Positions 26,913 to 39,522 are shown, numbered from the whole stretch's first letter. The stretch: DNA of 63,913 bases, filler included, from Folioceros fuciformis (GCA_049999805.1; 16 parts of 16 records of this genome joined end to end with filler, not necessarily neighbours in it), one strand, 5' to 3'. Made by a program: numbers and translations. Notes: a model not told the origin generated them from the sequence alone.

Positions 26913-27266
26913 AGAATCTGTTCTGGGGCTACGGCGCTCCCTACACTGCGGCTGATGCAGTGGCGTCATGGGTCGAGGAAGAGGCGGACTACAACTACAG
27001 CAGCAACACCTGCCGTGCAGGCAAGATGTGTGGGCACTACACCCAGGTACGATAGCTCGCGGCCCTTCCCGGACTCGCTCGTGTTGCTCTCTTGTTTGAA
27101 TTGGTCGTCGTCGTTAGCGTTTACTTACTGGTTGAACGGGCTACAGGTTGTGTGGAAATCGACCACCAAGCTGGGATGTGCCACTATCACCTGCAAAGAT
27201 TCCGCCATCTTCATCATCTGCAGCTACAACCCACCAGGGAACTACATAGGCGAGAGGCCATACTGA
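26913..27266 (+). CDS. PR1: Pathogenesis-related protein 1 (CAP superfamily), 5'-truncated by gap; exons <26913-27046, 27147-27266
   Basis: NLFWG...AVASWVEE...YNYSSNTC...CGHYTQ / [12 protein letters not shown]...[18 protein letters not shown]. Confidence 0.93.
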   Translation, partial: RICSGATALPTLRLMQWRHGSRKRRTTTTAATPAVQARCVGTTPRYDSSRPFPDSLVLLSCLNWSSSLAFTYWLNGLQVVWKSTTKLGCATITCKDSAIFIICSYNPPGNYIGERPY

Positions 27267-30200
27267 TTTCCGTGCCTCGGATTGTGGCCTGTGAGCAGAC
27301 CTGAGAAGCTTCGTAAATACTGCTTCCGGTGTGCTTCTCGTGTGCTGAGCCCTGGCGCACTGATGATTTCAAGCTAGAACATTTGGGATGTTTTTCGATT
27401 TGGGGATTTCGAATGGTCTTCGGCTGCGTGGTACCTAAAGAGTGAAGAACCTTGGTCTCAAATCCCTCCATAGGGTTTGGAATTTGTTGAGACTGGCCAG
27501 CCCATCCGGCGTGATTGATGCCCATCCTTGTAGAGTGTTGCGACCATTCAGTGCGGGTGTGCGTGGACTGATTGGAGTTGCTGCGATGGTGTATCTTCCG
27601 TGGGTGGGATCCTGATTCCAGAAATTATTGGGCTCTTCGAATAAAAGCGTGTGCCCTGTCCAGAGGAAGATTTGCATAATGACCGTTGCTGCCTGTCGCT
27701 TGCGCCATCTCCAGTCGCCAGCTCGAGATGTTCAGGTGGCGGATTAAGCAGGTTCCTCACCGATATTGGGGTCGGAAGCTGTTGAGTCCAAGTAGGGATA
27801 AGAAGAGAGGATTTTGTAGTTCACATACCGATCATCTTTGATCGGCGACTGATTCTCTCCTTCATGGCACAGAAGGCGTAGATGTATTGCTCTTGGAGGT
27901 AATATGTGATATGAGGTTGTATGTTACTGATCTTACACGTTACTGGACATCCTACACCGGTACTGCTTTCAATCTCAAACGTGCCAGCTACTTCAGCTTT
28001 AACATTTAGCCCGCCTTGCAAGGCATCAACACCTAATAAGGTGTTGTCACCAGGGTCCTCTTGTTGGAAGTTTTGGAATAAAGACTATCATCGATATCAG
28101 CCGTGGTATGTTGCAGGCAGTTGCATTCTCAGTTTGTACAAGATGCCTGCAGATGGGGAGACGCTAGTGTAGGTTTCGATGGCGATGTAAGAGGTGCAGG
28201 CGGATCTCAAACACATGTTCAACCGTCGGTTATGGTAGCCGATGCCGTTAGATGCTCTCATAAGACTTGTCCTAGAGGTGCCTGGAGACGGAGAAGCTTC
28301 TCCTAAATGATGCTCGCAGATGCCCTGATGAAGCTCGTCCTTCATCAGCCGGTGCAGTTAGATGCCTTGATGAAGCTTGCCCTTCATCTCTTTCGCTAGG
28401 ACCTTCCTCTCCACTCATCGTCTTTCCGCCTCCAGGCTTAGGCGTCAAACCTGCTCGTCAACCTGCACACAAAAGGTTCACGTTCCTCCGCAGACTTGCT
28501 TAAACCCTAAGCTGGAGGATCTCGTCCTGCTTAGCAACACACTTTTTACGGGAACCATTACAGCTGATGTCGTGTGCCTTGAAGTAGTGTGCGTAGAAGA
28601 TACATGTTGTGCCTGGCTGGTGTTGGGAGAGGCCTGAGAGGGAACGTGGGACATATCCGGTTTGGCTAGTAGGAAATATTCGTGGGATTCCATGGATATT
28701 CTATAATGTTCGAATTCCATGGAAAAGAAACCACACCGGATATGGTACAATTCCATGCCCTCCATCCTGTAGACTTGGAGCGACGATGTTGGCATTGGTT
28801 CCTTACAATCCACCCTTTGTCGAAATCCCAGTTGACTCTGGATGCGGATCATGCTGACGATGAGCGGGGAGTATGTATGTACTGTATCCAGAACAACAAC
28901 AAGCTCATCCTGTCCAACCTGAACAAGGGAGAGGAGCAAAAGGGGCAAGTGGTATCCGTGCAGTCGGGAACCAAGCAAAACACAAAATCGAATCTCAGGC
29001 TGTCCTTGATGTTCCGGATAGGATTGTGTAGGCCCTGGCAATCACATTTTGTTACTACTTCTCTTCACTTGTTCGTGCGCAGTAGCTGGACGTCGGCAAC
29101 GCCACGGGCAACATTGCACCAACTTGGAGTTCGGGGAAGGCAGTTACGGATGCTGTCCATTGACGTGAGAGGCATTTCTCCTATGTATAGGTTGCCCCGC
29201 GTATAGTGGTTATTGTAGCTCTCTGGATGTTGGTCCTTGTCCTCACCAGTGAGTTGTGTTGTGGGTTGTTTCTAGGAAGCTCTTCGTTTTTAGTCGCGAC
29301 TTTTGTTGAGGTGAGCAGTGCAGGGCCCGCAGAAGCAGAGAGTGGGTTGTTTCTAGGAAGCTTTGTGACTAGATAGTCATGGACATCAATTGAGGTGCGC
29401 AGGGCCCGCAACTGCAGAGTTCCGAAGCTGCAGTCCTCTGTTACGAAATTCTGCATCTTGTTCTGGCTGTGCGTTCCAGTGTACGATTACTCAACTTCTC
29501 CGTGATTGCATTATCCTGGCCAGCTCTCTTCAGCTTGTAGACTAAGCCAAAACGCACAGCATCTTCATAGGTGGAGCACCCTCGGAGAATATGAGGAATG
29601 TCTGCCTGTGCCGTCCTTGTGAGATTCAGTTCCACACCGAGGCAGAAAGTAAGCTTGAGTGCTGGCCCCGCGAGCCTGAAACCGACATCTCTCCTGCAAG
29701 TTAGACCTCACGAGGTCTGGCGTTGCGAGGAGCCACAAATGCTTGGCCTGCAGTTCCGACAGTGCGCAGATGAAGACTGCCATCTCCAATAACACCGGCT
29801 AGCTCTGTGGGTAGTGGAATTCACCATTGCCGTAGCTTCGAAGTCGAAGAGATGGACAAATAGCCCCAAATGCACATGGTCCCGAACAACAAAGTTGAAC
29901 TATCTTGAAGTCTCGGACTACCACCTGTGTGTCAGTAGCTACATGTAGTCCTTCAATCCCTCGGCTCAGTACGGGGTTGAGCTGTGCTCGTGTAGCCGGC
30001 CCTCGGACGTGCTTACGTACAGCTTCTGCGCAAGACCATGCAGGCCGTCCCCGCCTTCCGACTGCCCGTCGCATGTAGACATTCAATTTTGCAAACTCAT
30101 CCCACCCGCCGGCATTCCCAGCCTTCCCCAGTTGCGTCAGGAATTTGCGAGCCCAGTTCTCACCATCGGAGCCCACCCTCTCCATGATCCACCAGCACAA

Positions 30201-31581
30201 TCTTCAGCACTCGGACGGGCTTCCCACAACCGACTACGCCAGCACACGAGAGCGTGCGTGCCCCGAATTTTCGCAAAGCGCTGAAGTCTCGTCCGCAGGA
30301 CTAGGGCCACCAAGTTGGCAAACAAGCTCCCAGAAAGCTCACGAGGATGCCGCTTTCCACCCCAACCACGACTCCGTCAGCTCTCAACCAACCCTGATAA
30401 TAGTCCACACATCCGCAGCCAGGAGATCCCTATACACTCCTCCTCCAGTCACAGCAGCCCACACCGCATCACCTCTTGTCGCAGCCTGTGAACCACAGCA
30501 GCGCATTTGAAGCGAGAACCAAGGAAGACCGATCCGGACAACAAAAACACACGTCCAGCACTGGCCCCTGGTGACGAGTGGCGCTGGGAGAAGCCCCACT
30601 GACACCAGAGAGGCCGTGGCGAGATACGTGGCCGCCGGAAAGCCCTGCCAGTCACAAATGGACACAACCGGATCCTGCCTGCCGCAGCAGAAAGCAAGCA
30701 AGGAAGAAAATCAAACGCATATTTACACTACTTCATAGCTTGAAAATCAAGCAGAGCATAATCCCGTCCCGCAACCGAGCCAGAATCCAGAATCAACACC
30801 TGTATCGCATCGAACAAGATGAGCTATCACAACAAGTCCGCACGACAAACCACGCGTCCCACTCATTCCTGGATGGAACAAACCTTGCAAGCTCATCCAA
30901 ACCTCCTCATCCTGGTCACACACGCAGGCAGAAATTGTATAGAGTAAAACGGAGAGACGAGAGGGATTAGAATATGCTTAAATGTATATACTAAATGTCA
31001 GGATGAACGCACATGTACATAGTTAGGTTGAACAGAAGTGGTGGCCTCGCGTGGGGGCATGTGTCGTTGGGCCAAGGGACAGATGCATGGGGCCAAGGGA
31101 CGAGAGAGACGTGTTAATGTGGTCTAAATCCAGGTACGTACATAGAAGCGGTGTGAACGGGGCCAAAGATGGAGGGAGCTTGGTGGAGCGCAGAGTCACG
31201 AAGTGACATGTGGTGCAGCAGGCCAAAGTCCGGAGAACCGAGTCCTTGGGTGGCCGTGGTCCACAGTTGGCCTAACCACGCTCCGTCATGGCCCCTCACA
31301 CGGCCATTTCATCAGGTGCGGGACACAGGCTTTTAGTTTGGAGCTGGCCTGTTGGCTGCGCAGGCGCCTTCGTTTCCGGTCCCGGGGCCCCGCCAAAAGA
31401 GACTCTCCGAAGCTCCCTTCCAAATTCCCCGCCCAGCTGCCGTAGCCGCCCGCTCAGCCTTCCCGCCTGCTGCGGCCGAGCNNNNNNNNNNNNNNNNNNN
31501 NNNNNNNNNNNNNNNNNNNNNNNNNTTAATTAATTAANNNNNNNNNNNNNNNNNNNNNNNNNNNNNNNNNNNNNNNNNNNN

Positions 31582-32435
31582 GTTTGCAGGGGGTGTTGGC
31601 GGTGGAGGAGGGTTCTGCTCCGAAATGTAAGAAAGGGAGAGGTCGCAGAGCGGGGCAGGGAGGGGAGGATGGAGTCGTAGGAGAGAAGGCAGAGCAGCAG
31701 CTGCCCAAGAGCTGGGGCAGAGTGGACCCATCCGCCAGGCCTCCGCTCAAGGAAGTGCCGGGGCTTCCTTCCAGTTATGAGGAGCGGGTGGAGCTGATCC
31801 GCCGTGTGAGTGAGAGCATCAACTCCGAGGTGGAGTTCCGGTGCGAGGCCCTCAAGGCCACGCTGGAGATGCAGCTCCCGGCGGTGATGGCCCAGCTGAA
31901 GCTACAGCAGGCCAAGTTCTCGGCAGCCCAGCTCAGGATGCCGCTGGTGGAGTTTGTGCAGAAGTACTGCACCCATTGCGGGATCGTGGAGAGGGACGAC
32001 GGGTCCTTGGACATTAGGAAGTTCGACACAAGCATGGCTGGGGATGCCGCGAACACATGGGCGGAAGTGCAGCAGCAGGGGCAGGGGCAGGGGCAGGGAA
32101 ATGTGGTGCCCACCCCGGCCCCAGCCATGGCAGCTGCAGACTGCAGGGCGGAAAAGTGGGCCACCAGAGGCCTCAAACGGGACCGAGACAACAGAGACCT
32201 GTCGGAGATCATGTCAGTCTACATCCAGGCATCGGCGTCTCGAGACTACAGTGCCCTCACCAGTCCTACCGTGGCTACTCCCGCCATGTGGAGAAGAGGC
32301 AGCCTCTTCACAGGTCCTCCTCTCGCTGCCGGCATGCAACCTTCCCGGTGTGGAGTCACCCCGAGATCGGAGAGAAGGCCTCAGCGAGGAGAGTTGCTCA
32401 TGTCTATCAATGGCTCCCCCCTTGGACACTACTGA
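31582..32435 (+). CDS. BORR: Borealin-related chromosomal passenger complex subunit (5' end in gap)
   Basis: Borealin-N-like helix EVEFRCEALK...LRMPLVEFVQKY, Cdk-type TP sites, and C-terminal RRPQRGELLMSINGSPLG resembling the conserved plant BORR motif. Confidence 0.72.
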
Positions 32436-33088
32436 TGGACGGTCAGACAAGGCATGCACTTAGCGAGGGGGGAAGATAACCAGGGTGACGCAGCCACACA
32501 TGTGGCTCGCAGATGGGTGTCAAATGGTCTCTTTAGACTTCAGAATTCTTCACCTTTTGTTTGTATTTACATGAGGTTCCAGAGCTGGGTTGCTGAGACA
32601 AGTTTTTGAAATCTGCAATGCTTTGTCACCTGAAAAGTGGAAGTTTGTTCCACCAGCAACTACACAAGACTCCTATCCTAGCACACGGAGGAAGCCATCC
32701 TTTGACCTCGCAGATGGCTGGCTTTCAAGCACCTGTCCTTAGACTTTAAACTGCAACTCTTGTTGACATTTAAATTAAGGCACCTCAGCCCAACCCAGCA
32801 GGTTTCTAGATCCTCTGTACTTACAATCTTTTTGTGTCGCATCATAAAAGTGAACGTTGATGTTACAGAGCAATGAATACGTACAATGCTTGCGCATTCC
32901 AGAGCAAATCCTCCAGAGTCGGCAGAAGAAATTAATTTTACAAGGAAGCGAGCGAAGACAAGGCTTCCAGCCAACGACTGTATGTGCATCACAAACATTA
33001 CAGGGGCAACGCCTGCATACGCCAACCGGCTGCACACACGGCCGGTCTGCACTGCACAACACAACGATACCACCGGCTTCCCCTGCCT

Positions 33089-33686
33089 CTAAGTCGGATT
33101 CTTGAAGAAGACGCTGAGGAATACCGACAACGCAAACCAGCCAATGAAGATGTACCCCGTGATCCTGATCCCCTCCTCGTCCTTCTCAGGAGTGTAGGTC
33201 GCAGGAGCATAATCTCGCGACTGCGTGACATCAGCCTGATGCGGCCAAACGTATCGCTCCTCCCGGTTCTCCACCCGCTCCAAGCTCCAGTCATACAGCC
33301 TGCGCTCCTCCTCGGACGTGAGCAGGTCAAACGACTCCCTCAACACCCCAAGAGCACGCGCCTTCTCCTCGTCCTCGCCTTCCCCCACCATGAGCTCCCG
33401 CGCCAGCTTCCCGTAGGTGGCCCTTATCTGCTCGTCGGTGGCCCCCCGCGGCAGGCCCAGGCGCGCGTAGTGGTCCACGGCCACCGGAAGCTCGCCCGCG
33501 AGCACCTGCTTGATGGCCTGGCTGCTCAGCAGGGGAGACGGCCGCACCAGGGCCGGTGCCTCCTCCGACGAAGTGGCGTCTTCCGCAGTAGACGCCCCGG
33601 CCGAAGCTCTCACCCGCATGCTCTGCATTCTAGGGATTCTCACGACCGGGGTCCCTAGCCGGGCTTGCACTCCCGGCGCACAAGGG
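33089..33686 (-). CDS. ndhU: Chloroplast NDH complex subunit U (J-like protein CRRL); true start probably in the gap
   Basis: Transit-like N-terminus, DHYARLG...EERRLYDWSL...RYVWP, C-terminal TM GYIFIGWFALSVFLSV; no HPD motif. Confidence 0.85.
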
Positions 33687-33862
33687 NNNNNNNNNNNNNN
33701 NNNNNNNNNNNNNNNNNNNNNNNNNNNNNNTTAATTAATTAANNNNNNNNNNNNNNNNNNNNNNNNNNNNNNNNNNNNNNNNNNNNATGCCTTGCTTATA
33801 GCATTGCGCTGCTCTCAAGACTCGGCTTGACAACTGATGGAGTCTTCTTGCTCTGTTTGTAG

Positions 33863-34818
33863 CAATTGGCTTCACACGGCCTGTTTGATCTCAATGTACG
33901 CGCAAAGGGTGACATTCACATCGACGACCACCACAGCAACGAGGACATCGCCCTAGCTCTTGGGACGGTCAGCATTGTCGTCCACATGTTCTGCCAATTG
34001 CTTTGTTGCCTTCATGAGCTGATTGTGATGCAGGTGTGACTCAGGCTTTGCTAAAAGCTCTCGGAGATCGAAAGGGAATCCAGCGATTTGGAGACTTTTC
34101 GGCTCCTCTGGATGAGGCCCTCGTTCATGTCGTCCTCGTAATGCTCTCCCCTCCAGATGATAGTAGTCATCTCTCATTTTCAGCTTGAACGTGGCCCATC
34201 TTTTACCCCTGAATAACGTCGGTTGCAGGATTTGTCTGGAAGGCCGTACCTTGGGTATGGAGTAGAGATTCCAACACAGCGAGTAGGCACGTACGATACA
34301 CAGGTAGGACGCCACGCCCACAACTGGTCCTGGATGGCACTACAGTCCGTAAATTGTGTTAGGGCAACAGGTTTTGCCGTCTTCTAATGGTGAGAGTTTT
34401 GACGCTTTCTTTTTGATGGAGCAGTTGGTTGAGCATTTCTTTCAATCTGTTGTAAACACTTCAGGCATGACTCTACATATCCGACAGGTATGTGTTTGGC
34501 CACCTAACAGCCCAGCAATTTGCAGGTGGAATCGGTGTGGCTGCTGTCTACTATTTCCATCTAGTATGCGTAATCAAGTTGAAAGCGTTGGGCACAGCTC
34601 GCAGGGAAAAACTCTCATCACATAATCGAGGCAACATTCAAGGCTTTTGCGAGAGCTCTACGACAGGCAACTGAGCTCGACTCCAGGAGAGGGAGCAGCG
34701 TACCAAGGTCCAATTGTGTTGCATACTCCCTCTTTCGAACAAGTATTCCGTCTGTTGTGCGATTGTGATTGACTTGTAACTGTGTTGCAGCTCCAAAGGT
34801 GTTCTGTCTCGAGCGTGA
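33863..34818 (+). CDS. HISN5: Imidazoleglycerol-phosphate dehydratase (His biosynthesis), last six exons
   Basis: QLASHGLFD...[13 protein letters not shown] / [13 protein letters not shown] / DLSGRPYL / LVEHFFQS / [22 protein letters not shown] / SSKGVLSRA*. Confidence 0.95.
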
Positions 34819-36015
34819 AGACAGCAGTGTGGTGGAGCCCTGCACATAGACTTTTGTGTTTCTTTGTAGTCAGTGAGAGACGTGACTCCCTGTTGGGACC
34901 TTCGCGTGCATTGCTTCCCGGACCTAGTACGTGAAATGCTGGTGGAATCTAGCGTCGGAGGATGGCTGCAGAGATTTGCAGGAAAATCCTGAAGTTCGGA
35001 GATGAGGAAATCAGGAAAACTTGCGATTTGTCGTTGAGCAGTTTTGTGCTTGTTTACTTTTCAAAAAAGCACTTGTCTGTGCATTTGTCTTCTCGTGTGT
35101 CCCGATGTGAAGAGAAAGGCTAAAAGTCTCCCCTCTCCTTACAAGCCCGTCCACAGTAACCTGGTGCGGCTTCCATAGCCACACAGCTCGTTAGACGCAC
35201 ACTTCCCTGAATTTGCATGGACGTCCTTAACCGAGTCCCAGGCAGAGAACGCACTTAAAACGCGGCAAGGAATAAAACCTGATTCGGGCTTCAATAAGCT
35301 GTGGATCGCTATGATATATGCCGAGATAGCAGAAGACCTCGTGTGAGGATTTCTGCATCACATCTTCCAATCAGCTATGAAAGAAGAATGGTCCTAACAC
35401 ATGAAAGGCAAAATAAGTCCTTGACCCAAACCCCCTTTCTCACAGCAAGGACACACTTACCGCAAGTCAGATCTTGGTCTGTTTGACGTGTATTCAAAAC
35501 AGGTCAAAGATACAAATTTGTGGCATTCTCACTGCACCAGAGACACAAAACGTACCGGCTCTCGGGCTGTCCCGGAAGTGGGATTCTGGCGCTTGTCGAG
35601 CCACAGGTGCTCCTTCGAGTTCTGTGCCTGAAGTCAAGACAGCAGGTATTTATTCGCTTCACCCTGCTGACAAGACTAGAGGACGAGAGAAAAAGAGGTG
35701 TCCCCAAAGCTTCTGCTTCTCTATCCGTATTACTCTGAGGATGGAAGAGGTGCAGACATAGCACGACGGCTAGTATATATGACCACCTGGGTTTCCTGGA
35801 GTGTTGTGCACAATAATGGTCTTTTCCAGTTGCCTTGTTGTGAATCAAAAGGGTGCTCCCTCTGGGTCACGGCCTTGTCATGAAGTAAGCCGTATGCCAA
35901 CTCTCATGCGATGCATTGAGTCACAAGAGGGCAGGCCCAAACCCTTATCAAAGGAGAAGGAGATGAAATTCCCACGAGCGGAAGGTAAATTGCCCATAGG
36001 TCCTCCTGAAAGCTG

Positions 36016-38187
36016 TTAATGCCGATCCCTGCAGGAGCAAGCCCCATCCACAAATCGATGTACACGGTGTGCATCTCTCACAATTATCTCTCGATTCTCA
36101 AGTCGCGACATGATCTTCGTACTGCTGTGGCAGTCATTGCACATGCGAAGGTTTTTGGTGACCAACAAAGTTGTGCCATCTGGTGTATTCAACAGGCCAA
36201 AAGCCAACGCCAGTTTCTCCGCATGCCCACACAAAGCATCCACTTTCTCCTGGTCAGACAACGCCTTCAACACCAGATGGGTTTGTGGTACATGCCCTCC
36301 TTCCTCTTGCAACCTCATATTCAAGCTCTTCAGTTCTGAGGAGGAAATGTCAGACCTCTCTTCCCCAACTGTGAATTCATGCACCTTGGTATTCACTTCA
36401 ATGCACGCCTTTGCAGCCTTCTTTGTAGCACCTGATGACTTTCTCAGGCTTTCTATCCTGCCTACATCATCCCACCTGCCTGCACTTGCGTAGATATTTT
36501 CCAGCAGCACGTATGAGCTTGCATCCTTGGGTGCCACTTTTATCAGATGTTCAAAGCACCGACGCCCACGCTCTACATCACCAATGGTCTTGCATGCACT
36601 CAGCAGAGCGGTCCAACCTACTACATCGTTCGTAAATGACGTAGTTTGCAAGAATTGTTCAGCCTCATCCAGGTAGCCTGACCGCCCAAGAAGATCAACC
36701 ATGCAACTCTGGTGATAGTCAGTTGGCACAAGTCCATAGTCCTCGACCATCATCCTGAAGTACTGCCGGCCTTCATGCACCAGACCTGAATGACTGCAAG
36801 CCACAAGGAGACAAATGAACGTCGTCTCATCTGGCTGGACTCCTTGCTGCACCATGTCTTCAAAACACCAGATTGCCATGGCAGCTTTACTGTGTTCGGC
36901 ATAACCATTCAAAAGGGCATTCCACGTGGCCACGTCTCGTCTGGGCATACAGTCAAAGAATTTGCGAGCTTCTTCCAAACTCCCGCATCTGGCGTACATA
37001 TTCAGCAGACTGTTACCAATAATTGTATCACCTTCGAGACCACACTTGCGAATGTGTGAGTGAAGCTCCTTGCCTTGCTCAATCGCACCCACATTGGCAC
37101 ACGCTTGAAGGATGCAAACAAAAGTAACATCATCAGCTACTATGACACCACCGACTTGCATACTTGCATAGAGCGCAAGCGCTTCCCTCCCCCACCCCTG
37201 CTGGGCATATGCTGCAATCATGGCATTCCAGATCACCACATCTCCTCGAGGCACAGAGTCAAACACATCACGAGCGTCCTCCAAGCTCCCACAACTTGCA
37301 TACATGTGTACCAGTGAGCTTCCAATGAACGAATCACCTTCAAGGCCTCGGGCCCGAATCTGCGAGTGCAGGTGCTTGCCAGGCTGGAGAGCTCCAGCAC
37401 TTGCACAGGCCTGAAGAAGGCATACAAACGTAACACGGTTCGCTGGAGTGATGCCCTCCTGTTGCATATCTGCATACAGAGCGAGGGCTTCTTGCCCTCG
37501 CCCCTGCTGACCGTAGCCTGCAATCATGGCAGTCCATGTCACGACATCCCTCCTGGGCAAGCTGTCGAACACGTCACGAGCCTCGTCTAAGCAACCACAT
37601 TTTGCATACATGTCAATTAGGGAGCTGCCAATGAAGACGTCAGCCTCAAGCCCTTGGGCACGAATCTGGGAGTGAAGCTGCTTCCCCTCCTGCATTGCTC
37701 CCAAGCTCGCACATGCTTGAAGCAGGCACAGAAACGTGACTCGATCGCCTGGGGTGATGCCCTCACGTTGCATCCTAGCATACAGGGATAGGGCCTCTCC
37801 CGCAAGCCCCTGCTGAGAATACCCTGCGATCATGGCATTCCACGTGACCACATCTCTCTCAGGCAAACCGTCAAACACTCTCCGAGCATCATCCAAGCTG
37901 CCGCACTTGGCATACATATTCACCAAGCTATTACCAACAAACACATCGGCCTCCACAGAACTCTCCCTGACATCAGCATGCACCTCCTTCCCCAGACCCA
38001 AGTCCCCAGCATCCGCACACGCCTTGAGAGCTGCCACAAAAATCCTGCAATCTGGCTCAACACCCGCCTCCCGCATCCGTCTGTACAAGCGGACCCCCTC
38101 CCAGGGCTCTCCATGCCGGGCATGCGCCAGAATGATGGAAGCCCACATTTGCACGCTGGGGGTCCCCACTTCTCTGAACGCCAGCAC
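36016..38187 (-). CDS. PLS-class PPR protein with E1/E2 and DYW:KP-type (DRH) deaminase-like domain; 5'-truncated, intronless
   Basis: Four P1-L1-S1 triplets plus P2-L2-S2-E1-E2; KKAAKACIEV in place of the PG box; HAEKLALAFG...CNDCH; ends CSCRDRH. Confidence 0.95.
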   Translation of the reverse strand: MLAFREVGTPSVQMWASIILAHARHGEPWEGVRLYRRMREAGVEPDCRIFVAALKACADAGDLGLGKEVHADVRESSVEADVFVGNSLVNMYAKCGSLDDARRVFDGLPERDVVTWNAMIAGYSQQGLAGEALSLYARMQREGITPGDRVTFLCLLQACASLGAMQEGKQLHSQIRAQGLEADVFIGSSLIDMYAKCGCLDEARDVFDSLPRRDVVTWTAMIAGYGQQGRGQEALALYADMQQEGITPANRVTFVCLLQACASAGALQPGKHLHSQIRARGLEGDSFIGSSLVHMYASCGSLEDARDVFDSVPRGDVVIWNAMIAAYAQQGWGREALALYASMQVGGVIVADDVTFVCILQACANVGAIEQGKELHSHIRKCGLEGDTIIGNSLLNMYARCGSLEEARKFFDCMPRRDVATWNALLNGYAEHSKAAMAIWCFEDMVQQGVQPDETTFICLLVACSHSGLVHEGRQYFRMMVEDYGLVPTDYHQSCMVDLLGRSGYLDEAEQFLQTTSFTNDVVGWTALLSACKTIGDVERGRRCFEHLIKVAPKDASSYVLLENIYASAGRWDDVGRIESLRKSSGATKKAAKACIEVNTKVHEFTVGEERSDISSSELKSLNMRLQEEGGHVPQTHLVLKALSDQEKVDALCGHAEKLALAFGLLNTPDGTTLLVTKNLRMCNDCHSSTKIMSRLENREIIVRDAHRVHRFVDGACSCRDRH

Positions 38188-38287
38188 NNNNNNNNNNNNN
38201 NNNNNNNNNNNNNNNNNNNNNNNNNNNNNNNTTAATTAATTAANNNNNNNNNNNNNNNNNNNNNNNNNNNNNNNNNNNNNNNNNNNN

Positions 38288-39422
38288 AGAGGGGTCTAGA
38301 TCTGTACTTTCATCCTTATCATACACATGTGGGTCAAAATCGTCCATGACAGATGCACAAGTTCTGGAATAAGTGTTCAGACTCTTCCGTGGTGACAAAA
38401 GCTCATCAAAGGTAATACTACGAGCTAACACCACTTTCCTGGTTGCTGGCTCGTATAGCTTATACGCCTTAGACACCTCAGAGTAACCAAGAAACAATAA
38501 GGGCCTCGCCCTATCATCAAGCTTACGTCGTTTCTGTTTAAGTATGTACGCATAGGCTATGGATCCAAATACTCGCAAGTGAGGAAGACTCAGAATCTTC
38601 TTCCAAAAGGCTTCGTGAGGAGTTTTACCAGGTATGCTAGTTGTCAACACTCTATTCAGTATATAAGCAGCTGTTGTAAGGGCCTCTACCCAATAGTGTT
38701 TAGGCAGTCCTGCCCATCCTAGCATACTTCTTGTCATGCCCATTAATGTCTGATTCTTACGCTCGGCTACCCCGTTCTATTGTTGTGTATAAGGAATCGA
38801 GAGTTGTCTCATAATTCCATGTGCTTCAAACAGCTCATCATACTGGAGTCCAACAAACTCACCTCTGTTGTCAGTGCAAAAGCACTTCACCAGGTTTCCA
38901 GTCTGTCTTTGTACCATAGCAATCCAGTTCTCGACACATTCAAAGGCATCACTCTTGAGGCGAGGTGTGTATACCCAAGCGTAATGTGAATACTCTGCCC
39001 CTCCTAGTGACTTAACTTGCAGTTTGCCTGCAATATCAGCATGGACAAGTTCTAACACTGCATTTGCCCTCTGTGCCTGTTTATTTTTGAAGGGAAGTTC
39101 CTTCTGCTTCGACATAACACAAGACTGACAAACAGGGAGATGCTTAAAATAGGAGGGAAGTTTTTCCCTAAAGCAATCTAAGGAAGCCATCAGATTCAGC
39201 TTCTCTTTGTTAACATGTCCAAGCCTTGCATGTCTAAACCCTAAACCCTTGCATGCCACAAGTTTGCTTCAGATACGGTGGAGGTAACATATGCTTTTGG
39301 TTCAGCAGAATTATGTAGCTAGTACAACTCGTTAACTAGTTGTCCTCTAGCTATGCACCTACCAGGTCTGGAGAGATCATAGAGACAACAATGACCTTGC
39401 TCAAACGTAAAGCCATATTTAC
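38288..39422 (-). mobile_element. Ty1/copia fragment (GAG-pre-integrase and integrase), degenerate
   Basis: HARLGHVN, CQSC, LELVHADIAG, TDNRGEF, PYTQQ*NGVAER (stop), WVEALTTAAYILNR, LRVFGS, FLGY. Confidence 0.92.
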
Positions 39423-39522
39423 NNNNNNNNNNNNNNNNNNNNNNNNNNNNNNNNNNNNNNNNNNNNTTAATTAATTAANNNNNNNNNNNNNNNNNNNNNN
39501 NNNNNNNNNNNNNNNNNNNNNN

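Noticed and set aside
32984-33658. 224-aa + strand ORF and similar antisense ORFs over the PPR and P450 genes
   Set aside because: Shadow frames of GC-rich genuine genes on the opposite strand.
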